Assembly: GCA_965233585.1 (NCBI GenBank)
Contig: CBDDTI010000657.1
Location: 1 to 34,377 of the forward strand
Direction: 5' to 3'
Length of the DNA stretch: 34,377 nucleotides
Origin: a bacterium
Lineage (GTDB): Bacteria > SAR324 > NAC60-12
The translations under genes and the position numbers were made by a program. The notes beneath the pieces are model-generated. The model did not search any database and was not told the DNA's origin. It saw only the letters and a program-made list of their open reading frames with translations. Shown one piece after another: positions 22,322-31,960 of this stretch. How positions within the stretch are numbered: the stretch's first letter is position 1; each line of letters opens with the position of its first letter.

Positions 22322-23722
22322 ATGGAAGCATTAGAAATCACAGATGTTCTTAACGAAAACGTCCTTCGGTATAAATTGAAAGGTGGAGCATCCTACATTA
22401 GAGACAAACGAATTAAGACATTTTACCCTTCTTCGGTCTCAACCTACTCATCAAACTCAAACAGTGTCATCCGCTTTAATCTAACGGGTGGGGCGAACGA
22501 ATGGATAAACTTACGAAGTCTTTTGATAGGTTTTACCCTCATCAACGCCGACAATGATGGAACAAAAGAGTTGAGACCAGCATATAAGCCATCCTCATTT
22601 TTTCAACGAATGCGAGTGATGGCGGGTTCAAATGTCATTGCTGAAATTCCTGACTTAAACAGATACGAAGCAATGATGGATACTTTACAAGACGACGGTT
22701 CAAGAAACTATACTGATAATCTTGGTTTCGGTGAGACCTTTTACAATGAAGGAAACCGATTTTTAACCTATACACAGTTGGCAACGAACCCAGGTTCAAA
22801 CACAGTTCAGAACGTCATTGACCAAGCCAAACCTGACAATTTCGGTGGATTTAAAAACAAAAAGACCGTTTATTACCGACCTTCCTGTCCCTTTTTCAAT
22901 GTATCAAACTTCGTTCCTTTATCATACTGTCCGATTGTCATTGAATTAACCTTAGTCAGTGATGCCACCGAACCGCTTGTTAATCAAAGTGCTGACTTTA
23001 CAACAACGAATACCTCATTCTTATGGAACATTGAACAACCAATTATCACCTGTGATATTCACCGACTTGACGATGGGCTTTTTGCAGAGTATGCTGAAAT
23101 TTTGGAAAAACAATCCTTGCCTATAACTTTCAACAGCGTTTCAGTCCAAACTCAAACAACAAGCAGAAGCACCGACATCTTCACAACAATCGTTAGAAAT
23201 GTAAGCAAGGCTGACAACATCTTCATATCTTTCTATTCAAATTTTGGTTATAAGGGTGGTTTCCAAGAAGTGCTGAAACCTCATAATCTTCTTTATCACC
23301 CCCTTTCGTGGGAAAGTGGAACATCAACTGCTCAAAGATACTATGAAAATATTGATTTATCCTTTCAGTTGAGTATTGGTAATACTGTCATCCCTGAAAT
23401 GCCTACGATGGGTGTTGCTGACAACTACAAGCATCTACAAGAAACACGAAACAATCACGTTTCAATCAAACCTCATATGTATAGGACGAATTCCTTTTTG
23501 GCAGGGTTCAATCTAAAGAAACTCAACAGTGCCAATTACACTGGACTTAATTTGAAGAACAATTCAAATATGGTTGTCCGTGTCAAACCACTGTATGGAA
23601 CAGACCTTTATACAACCAACAACGGAACTGACACTGGACTGATGCCTGACAAAATGTATATCGTCATTGAACACGAATGCATTTTGGAAATAAAGGCACC
23701 ATCCGTTATTTTCTATGATTAA
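22322..23722 (+). CDS. Major capsid protein (double jelly-roll, PLV type)
   Basis: 466 aa, beta-rich. TFYPSS..YSS...VIRFNL...WINLRSL, SFFQRMRV..G..IAEI...NRY and FVPL...PIVIELTL resemble PLV MCP patterns. Context: ATPase and mCP nearby. Intact. Confidence 0.8.
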   Translation: MEALEITDVLNENVLRYKLKGGASYIRDKRIKTFYPSSVSTYSSNSNSVIRFNLTGGANEWINLRSLLIGFTLINADNDGTKELRPAYKPSSFFQRMRVMAGSNVIAEIPDLNRYEAMMDTLQDDGSRNYTDNLGFGETFYNEGNRFLTYTQLATNPGSNTVQNVIDQAKPDNFGGFKNKKTVYYRPSCPFFNVSNFVPLSYCPIVIELTLVSDATEPLVNQSADFTTTNTSFLWNIEQPIITCDIHRLDDGLFAEYAEILEKQSLPITFNSVSVQTQTTSRSTDIFTTIVRNVSKADNIFISFYSNFGYKGGFQEVLKPHNLLYHPLSWESGTSTAQRYYENIDLSFQLSIGNTVIPEMPTMGVADNYKHLQETRNNHVSIKPHMYRTNSFLAGFNLKKLNSANYTGLNLKNNSNMVVRVKPLYGTDLYTTNNGTDTGLMPDKMYIVIEHECILEIKAPSVIFYD

Positions 23723-23757
23723 TTTTTGAAAATTAAATTATATATATATTATAATAT

Positions 23758-26244
23758 ATGGCAATTTATTATAATATAAATAGGACTGTAGAGGCACAGG
23801 AGATTAGGACAATAGACCCGAATGATGGTCAGTTAAAAAACATTCTTGACATCGCAGGAGGTGGTGGTGGTGGGGATGTTTGTTGATTTAACGAATTATT
23901 ACACCAAAAATGAAACTGATGCTTTATTCATACCTTATTATAGCAGTAGCCAAGTAGATAGTATCTTTTCAAGTCATTATACAAAAAGTCAATCTGACAG
24001 TATGTTAAACGATAAATTGAATGTAAATAATCCAACATTTACTGGTTCAGTAAAAGGTGGCACTTATGACACCAACGGCAATACCGTTCTTAATATAAAG
24101 AGGAACGGTTCAAATATATTAAATGTTGATGTCAGTAATAAATTAACTATTAATAATCATACCGACATTGATGATGACTTGACAGTGAGAAACAAAATCA
24201 ATACCAACATTATTGATAGTTATGGTGGTTTATCTAACATTCAATTCAAACATAATAACACACTGATTTATTTAGAATATGATATTGATTATGAAGGAAG
24301 CGGTGGGTTGATATTAGGAAAACCATTAGCATTAGCAACGAAATTAGATATACCGTTAAATAGTAAATTGCAGTTTCAACATACTGACAGTTATATAAAT
24401 GAAACGCTAAATCGGGAAACTTTTTGAACTATGTTATGATGGAACAAACGGGACAAATGGATTTTTATGTCGGCGACCCATCGGTTGGAACAAACAAAGT
24501 GATGACATTGCAAAATAACCTAATAACATTTCATAAACCTACATGTCCAGAAATTGGTAGTGGTAGTGTTGATTTAAGCAACTGCGTAAAATTAACAGGT
24601 GAAGCATCGCAAGCAATAGCAGGTGATGTTGTTGTTAGTGGAACTTTTGATGCTAATACATTAAACAGCAACGGCAACAGTGATTTAGTTTTACAAAGAA
24701 ACGGGGTTGAATATATGAAACTGGAAGGGACATTACAACAAGTTGAGTTTTCAAAGAATGTAGCAAGTAATATTTATAATTCAGTTGGTAATGCTAATGT
24801 AAGTTTTAGAAGAAATGCCATTGACTTCTTTTATTTAAGAAATAATCCGGTAGAACTGAATAGCGGTATAACATTACAGTCAAGCAGTGCTAAAATAGAT
24901 ACAATCAATACAGCAGGTGATAATGATATGGCTTTACAAAGAAACGGAGTTGAGTTTATAAAATTTAATGGTGCTAATAGAATTGATTGTAGCAAGAATT
25001 TGAGATTGGCATTAAGCAATGGAGAGTTAGAATTTAATGATGGACTGGCAACCATTTTACATAGATACAGCGCACCTAACAACAATTTTGATATTATGAA
25101 TGAAAACTCAACAAACCCTCATATCCGTATGTTTATTGGAAATAGAAATGTTGGAGCAAACATCATAGTAAGCGCCAGTGATAATAATGTTGCTATTGGA
25201 AGAGATTTGCTGGTTGGTTCTGCTTACAAAGTTGGAACAAATAACATTGACACAAGGTCTGACGCTGATTTAGTTTTTCAAAGAAATTCAAATACCTATA
25301 TGACTTTCAATCAAGCAAACGACAGAATAGAATTAGCAAAATCATTAAAATTACTACTAAATCCAGCAAGGTTGGAATTTACCAGTTGTTATATGAGAGA
25401 GAGCATCCCATCCAATTCATTGTTTGATTTTGTCCAAGAAAATAGTGATGGTGTTATACGGTTTTTTGTTGGAGACCTTCTAAATACAAATATGCCATTG
25501 TATTTAAATTCAAGCGTCGTTAGATGTGGTGAAAACCATACATTATTAACTAATGCGATGAATACAATTGGAGATGTTGATATGATTTTTCAAAGAAACG
25601 GAGTTGAATATATGAGATTTCTTAATACTGCTAATATTGATAATGTTGATGTTGTATCAATTCCTACCGGCAAGGGTATAAGTGCTGAATATTCTTATGC
25701 TAATTATTTTAGGTCAAGGAGTGTAGATACTGATTTAGTCTTCCACGGTGGTAATGTAGCAGGAAATAATAGAGTTGAATTTATGAGATACAATAGAACT
25801 GGTGAAAGTTTGGATTTAAATTGCGCTCTGGACAACACAGGTCGGAGTATTATTGGAAATCTACTGGACACTTCTGTTAGTGATGAGAAACTCAAAAAGA
25901 ACATTGAAGATGTTGATGTTGATGTTTCTGACATCGTTAAAAAGATAAATGTGAAATCTTTTGAATACAAAGATGAAAAGCACGGTAAGGGTCAGCAGAT
26001 AGGGTTTTTAGCAAATGAACTATTGGATGAACTGCCGGAAGTATTTAGTAAAAATATTATTGGTAAGGATAAGGAAGACAATTTGAATATGAATTATATT
26101 AAGATAAATATATTGTTATGGAAATGTTGCCAAGAACAACAGGATAAGATACAGCATTTAGAAAGTAGATTGTTTGAGGTTGAAAACTTCATCAAAGACA
26201 TCGTCAAGCCGAAAGCAAAGGCGAAATCCAAATCAAAAAATTAA
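23758..26244 (+). pseudogene. Tail fibre/spike-like protein (~830 aa) with C-terminal peptidase S74 intramolecular chaperone, two frameshifts
   Basis: ATG 23758 MAIYYNINR...GGGGGDV. A 4-bp tgtt duplication at ~23877-23884 shifts into DLTNYYTKNETD repeats, and a 1-nt loss near 24408 joins ORF 24424-26244. Internal repeats D(L/M)(V/I)(L/F)QRNGVE(Y/F)(M/I). C-terminus SDEKLKKNI...FEYKD...IGFLANEL...PEV...MNY...CQEQQDKIQHLE. Confidence 0.8.
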
Positions 26245-26266
26245 AATCTAAAATCATATATAGACA

Positions 26267-26473
26267 ATGGGCAATTCAAACAGCAGTGTTGAAACCGACT
26301 ACCTTGAACAAATCAAGAAAATAGACGAAGATGAAAAGACCCGAACAGATGTTTTACTCATCAAGAGCGTAAAAGAGTTGGTGGCAAGAGTGGAGAAACT
26401 GGAAAAGGAAAAGCAGAACAAACTGATATATCAACTACCGAAACTACAACTGTGTAATTGGAGTTTGATATGA
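26267..26473 (+). CDS. Small protein, 68 aa, with N-myristoylation-like start MGNSNS
   Basis: TCTA 16 nt upstream; MGxxxS consensus; short coiled coil. Confidence 0.65.
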   Translation: MGNSNSSVETDYLEQIKKIDEDEKTRTDVLLIKSVKELVARVEKLEKEKQNKLIYQLPKLQLCNWSLI

Positions 26474-26475
26474 AG

Positions 26476-26511
26476 AATTGATAATATTATTATGTTATAA
26501 TATTATCAATT
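26476..26511. terminator. Perfect 15-bp hairpin between convergent genes
   Basis: aattgataatattat-tatgtt-ataatattatcaatt, between the stops at 26473 and 26506. Confidence 0.65.
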
Positions 26512-29500
26512 TTGAAGTAAATAATGCCCAAACGGCGGTAGGCTTTCCACATCGTTGAACCAATACCTTTTGTTGTCATAAGATGTTAAGCCGACCTTGC
26601 TTTGGTTGATACTGTAGATTTGATGGTTTTTACTTCTGATGGCATTGAAATTTACATTCTTCGGTATGTGCTCGTGTAGTGTTGCTTCATAATCTTTCAT
26701 ATCTAAATCCTTTTTGACTTTCAGTTTAGGAACACCTTTCGCTTTCTTTTCTGCCTTCTTTTCGTTGAAGACTTTTAGGCAATACATTTTCGGTTTCAAA
26801 GCGATGAAGTTTGTTATGATTTTTCCGTCCATCTCATCCTTAAATTTACCCAAAACCTTTTTATTAGTAGCATCATAGCACGGATGGTTTTTGTCATAAC
26901 CGCTGAAGTCCATATAGTCCCTTATTTCCTTCCAGTCTTCAAAAAGGTCTTCGGTGAAAGTTTGTAAAACATAACTGTCGGTGTCAGTGTATATCAATCT
27001 TATATCATCCTTATACCTCGGCTTCAAGACATCATAATAGAACGAATACATATGAACCTTACTTAAATCTAAAATAGTCATTCCTAAAAAGATGGGCTTA
27101 TTCAACTTCAACACTGTTTTCGTTTTTTCCACTCCTGCCAGTTCTTCATTTATAATATGACATCCTTTGTAATTAGGGTTGTTGATACATTTTTGTATCC
27201 TTTCCTGTGTTGCTACTAATTCAAAGTCAATGTGATTTCTTACATTCTCCATCGTTTTTCCATAAACAGCGTTGTTCATCAACTTAAACATATCTTTCTC
27301 AAAATCGCTCTTTGCCTCTTTTCGCTTACCGGTGTTAAAGTCAATCCAAGGTTTCAACCAACATCTCTGTTGAAACTTCACTCCTCTATGAACTTTCTTT
27401 AACTTCATCCCTTTCTTCAAATAAAATTGTAGTGCCTTGATATGGACTACATAGTTCGCTTTATCCATTTGGTTTAGGACTAATTTTGGTTGTTTCTCAT
27501 CCTTCGCTTCCTTTCCGTTGTAGTAGTGTCTGTGTAGTTCCCTTTGATGTTTTGATAATAATTTTTCTTCTACTTTCATATTTTCGGGTGCTAATGGATA
27601 GTCTGACTGTTCGTCCTGTATTTCTTTTGGATACTCTAAATCAACATCTAATATGTAAGCAAAGTCATCGTTCTCGTTCCAATCCATTATCATTTTTTCA
27701 TTCAACAACTTCTTAATCCATTTCAGTTCTCCAATGGGTAGTTTCATTGACATTGCCAGTCCATAAAGGTTATTAGCATCTAAATAACTGATGTAATTAG
27801 ATGGTCTGTTTTCATCGTATTCGTCTTCCATATACTTATTGTTTGCTTTTGCTTCCTTATGACTTACCTGACACATTCCACCTCTCAAACCCTTCTCAAT
27901 CATCTCATACATAGTCTGGTCGGTCAATGGCTCTAATATGACACCCGTTTTTAGAAGCATAGCATCCCAAGCAAAGTTAGGAAGGGTAAAATAGTGTGCG
28001 GGGTCTAATCCATAGTATTCTAAACAAAGGTCTCTAAAATTTTCAAAGACATCAGTTAATAGTAAAACATCAGTTCTCAAATACAAGTCGTGGTATTGAC
28101 CCAGATTTCTTATTCCGAAATGTTCCCAAATTTTTAGTGCTCTTTCGTATTCATCATCTTCAATATTACTTTCGGTAAGATTGCTGTAAAACTTTTCTTT
28201 CGGTGGTAGTTGTCTTTCTCTGAACTTATCAAAGGAAGTAAAGTAATCATAAGGATATACACCTTTATCAGTCAGTAAATCTAAATCTTCGTCATTGCCA
28301 ACGTAGGGGTTTCTCTTACTGAACTTGAAGTTGTTTTGCCAGTTTTCCTTTTTATTACCGTCTTCATATTTACTCAACTTCACTAACTTATCCAAAGACG
28401 ATGATAAGAAACTGAAACTGTCTTTGAAGCAAAGGTTTTTAAAAGCGAAGGTGATAAACTTTTCACTGTTAAGTGCTATTACATCTATTTTCGCTCTTTC
28501 TGATAGTTCATTTGCTCTTTCAATGATTAAATGACTGTCATAATTTTTGAGGTTATGAAGGAAGACTGAAATTTTATAATATCTCATTGAAAATTGTAAA
28601 TTACAATCATCGTGGGCACATCCCCTATACTTACCTGTAAAGTGGCAATGGTCTCTACACTTCTTATCTCCTTCTTTAAAGTCCATTCCACATATAAAAC
28701 ACTTCGTTGCTGTTTTAAAGTCTCTCCAATCATCCGCTCTCATTATTATGTCCTTGTTTTCTTTCATCTTGTCCATTATCTTATCTTTAACTTCAATCAT
28801 TTTCTTCACAAAAACATCCATACAATCTTCGCCTCTATATAAGAAGGGTTCAGATGCTCCATCAAAGGAACTAACAACATTAATCATAAAACCGCAGGGT
28901 CTGTGATGTTGGTATTTGTCAGTCTTCATTTCTTTCGTTGAAACTGTCCCCGTTCTTGTTGTCAAACATTCAAAATCAGCATAAATAACAAACGGTGCTT
29001 TTAGTTTTTTATAGTGATTTTTGAATTTGATGAAGAACTTGTCGGGGTCATCTTCGTCAAATGATGGCATTTCTATTCGTTGTCCTTCAACTGCCATACT
29101 TATGACCCCGTGTAGAACAGAGAAAGTGGATTTTAGCAAAAAATTAAAAACACCAAAAAAAAAAAAACAGAATCACCAAAAAAACAAATCGACAGGAAGA
29201 ATCACCAGAAGAAACAAGAAAAAAACAACAAAAAAAAACAAAAACTGCGGAAAATGCAGGTTTTGATTTTTTTTCGATTTTTTTTTTTCTTGTTTTTTCC
29301 TTGGTTTTGGTTTTCTAGTTTGTTTTTTTTGTTTGCTCTGGTTTTGTTTTTTTTTGGTTTTTTTAATTTTCTTGTCAAACCCTATATTCTCTGTGTTGTT
29401 GGACTCATAATGCCATACATCCTTTTTCACTGTGTTCGTCTAAAAGTGCTTGTGATTTAAACCCGTGATTACAATGAAAGCAGTGATATTTTTTTTTCAT

Positions 29501-30602
29501 TGTGTTTGTTGGTCTGACTTCCCATAAGTTTATTATAATCTTTTATATAAACATAATGGTAGTCATCTCCATCTTCAAGTTTTAAAAGACTGATTTGATG
29601 GGTTGCTCTTTTAACCTTCGTTTTTCTATACAAAAGTATTGACTGTTTATCATCTTCGGGATTGAGAAAATAAACATTAACCGCAATCTTTCCATCATTG
29701 TTTTCTTCAAAAGTGTCAATGTCAATATTTGATGATGGAAAATTTACATCAGTCCAATTCACTTCATCATTTAAGTTTTTGTAGTGATAAAATCTGTTTG
29801 GATGGTCTTTCTCATAAACCTTACATATACCACATTGAATGGAATACTTGAAACACTTGTTGTCTTCGTTTTGGATGTTGATACACGCTTTCTTGCTTTG
29901 AACCCACTTTGGTAAAGGTATGAATTTACCCCCACGAGTTGGATTGTATTTGTCAAAATTAAACTTTATCTTATCCATTTGTGTTAGGACTAATCCGCTC
30001 TCCGACGCTTCCAACACTTCTGCCTGATGTTCAATGTCTGTTGCCATTTGGTTCAATACGTTGGTGATTTCATCTTCATTTGTTATTTCATATCTTCTAC
30101 TCCTGACTTCTCTTCTGACGACTTCGTTGGTTTTCTTGCTCTTGAAGTTGCTGAAGGTTTGTAATAAAACCTTCATTCCCTTATGTTTTCGTAAGTATTC
30201 TTTTATCTTGAAGTCTTGATATTTTAGGTATTGTATTGCCTTGACGCCTTTAACTCTGATGTCGTTGATGGCATAAGATGATGTATAGTTCTTGAAGGCA
30301 GATTGTTCGTCGGTGATGGTTGCTTTGTATCTCTTTTGTATTCCTATGAGTGCTTTGTTTTTGTCTAAATTTATCCATCTAATACCTCTCTTTTCTTTCA
30401 ATTCGTATCTTTTGTAGTCCATAGTCTGTCTAATCTTGTTGAACTTGGTTTTCAATCTGTTCGTGATGGGTTTGTTTCTTTCAAAGTTGTAGGTCTTATC
30501 ACCTATTTTGAGTTTCTTGATTTCTTCCCCATTCCGTTTCAATATCTCACCCTTTTCGGATGACAAAAGGTAATCTAAAACAATCTGTTGTGAAGCGTCC
30601 AT
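26506..30602 (-). pseudogene. polB: Protein-primed family B DNA polymerase (~1260 aa reconstructed), interrupted by a MITE and a +1 frameshift
   Basis: Motifs: Exo I YADFEC; CFIC...DHCHFTGKYRGCAH..CN (endonuclease VII-like Zn insert); HNLKNYDSH; KGVYPY; YLDANNLYG; KLMNNAVYGKT; YTDTDS; KAKGV. Upstream ORF 29469-30752 carries INIQNEDNKCF. Removing one A from the A9 run (~29489-29497) and the MITE plus one TSD restores KKYHCFHCNHGF...LDEHSEKGCMAVEGQRIEMP. Likely start MDASQQ at 30602. Confidence 0.93.
29100..29410. mobile_element. 311-bp non-autonomous DNA transposon (MITE) with 8-bp TSD
   Basis: TSD tgccatac at 29092-29099 and 29411-29418. Imperfect TIRs TTATGA..CC...ACAGAGAA at both ends. A-rich left half, T-rich right half. 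Excision restores the PolB frame locally. Confidence 0.92.
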
Positions 30603-30850
30603 TATATTATATTCTATATTATTATTAGTGGATGTTTCTTTAAGTAGTTTTTCAGTGTGAATTGTTTGTTGAGGATGTTGCGGTCGATTGGATTGTTGCT
30701 GGATTAAGTTTTGAGATAAAATTTCATTTTTTAACCTTACACCCTCACCCATATTCTCTATACTATATAAGGTGCTATTTCTTTAAGTAGTTTTCGGGTA
30801 AGGGTTGCCTGTTGGAATTTCTGGGATTGATGTTTGAGTTCAACAGTTCA

Positions 30851-31204
30851 TCAATGACATCTGCTGTTGATACATCTATTGGTTTGACGGTGCTTTGATA
30901 GGTTGGATTTGCTCGTGATTGTTCGTCCGCAGTCAGGACAGGTGAAAGGGGTTGATAATTTCTTTTGATAGTATTTTGAAAAATAATTCGGGTCTAATGG
31001 TTTCTTGTCATAAGTTCCGTCGGGTTTATAACGACTTCTTGAAGTCGTTAAAATAGCCTCTGGCTGTTTCCATCGCGTGGATGTTGTGGTTGGTAGGTTG
31101 TGGATGTTGTCGGATTGGTGTAGTGTTTCCGCCATTTGGTCAAAAAGGTCTTCGTCCATTTCTTGCTTCATGCCGTTAATATACATATAGCAGGGCATAT
31201 TCAA
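30851..31204 (-). CDS. Zinc-finger protein (C2HC/C2H2-like), ~117 aa
   Basis: FTCPDCGRTITSKSNLSKHRQTNRC; upstream ACTTAAAGAAA motif. Exact start uncertain. Confidence 0.75.
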   Translation of the reverse strand: MNMPCYMYINGMKQEMDEDLFDQMAETLHQSDNIHNLPTTTSTRWKQPEAILTTSRSRYKPDGTYDKKPLDPNYFSKYYQKKLSTPFTCPDCGRTITSKSNLSKHRQTNRCINSRCH

Positions 31205-31475
31205 TTCTTAATTATATACGGCGCTATTTCTTTAAGTGTTTTTGGGTCTTGTGTTGGTTGTTGTGGTGAGTGTCTCATAGATTTTATGTCAGATTGCGCG
31301 GAAAATCTCATAGAATGTTATGTCAGTTTCTGGTGAGGGATTGATAGATTTTATGACGCTTTCAAGCAAAGGCTTGAGGAAACGACAAGGATATAGTCCA
31401 AACGGTGTCAAATTAATGACGCCAAGGGCTTCTGTGCTGTGTCAATTGGTCGTGCAATGCGAACCCCAACATTTT

Positions 31476-31960
31476 GTGCGTTGATACTCTGTTTGGGGTA
31501 TCATTGATACTTAGATACTGGCATCGGGGTATCATTGATACTTGGTTCTGGGTATCGTTGATAATTGGATACTGGTATCTGGGTGTCATTGACACTTGGT
31601 TCTGGGTATCGTTGATAATTGGATACTGGTATCTGGGTATCATTGACACTTGGTTCTGGGTATCGTTGATGCTTGGATACTGGTATCTGGGTATCATTGA
31701 TACTTGGTTCTGGGTATCGTTGATACTTGGATACTGGTATCTGGGTATCATTGATACTTGGTTCTGGGTATCGTTGATACTTGGATACTGGTATCTGGGT
31801 ATCATTGACACTTGGTTCTGGGTATCGTTGATGCTTGGATACTGGTATCTGGGTATCATTGACACTTGGTTCTGCATATCGTTGATACTTGGATACTGGT
31901 ATCTGGGTATCATTGATACTTGGTTCTGGGTATCGTCGATACTCGGTTTTGGTGTATCCC
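31476..31960. repeat. 54-bp tandem array (~8-9 copies) made of 23- and 31-bp palindromic subunits
   Basis: Unit ggtatcattgatacttggttctg-ggtatcgttgatacttggatactggtatctg. The 18-aa period in overlapping ORFs confirms the 54-bp period. Confidence 0.92.

Larger units (their letters stand above)
12580..31960. mobile_element. Endogenous Polinton-like virus / Maverick-type element, partly decayed, ends approximate
   Basis: Abrupt shift to AT-rich, gene-dense, intronless DNA encoding rve integrase, packaging ATPase, major and minor capsid proteins and protein-primed PolB. No young TIR or TSD found. Confidence 0.93.

Noticed and set aside
29173..29460. Lys-rich and Phe-rich ORFs between the PolB halves
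   Set aside because: They are translations of the A/T-tract MITE.
31476..31960. CRISPR array, or coding repeat ORFs (31413-32012, 31474-32025, 31501-32088)
   Set aside because: No unique spacers. The ORFs are open in several frames only because the 54-bp unit is a multiple of three and lacks stops.
12580..31960. Canonical Polinton TIRs with 6-bp TSD, and an adenain-type cysteine protease
   Set aside because: No near-identical inverted termini or TSD were visible, and no ORF showed the His/Asp/Gln-Cys protease pattern. A highly diverged protease cannot be excluded without profile searches.
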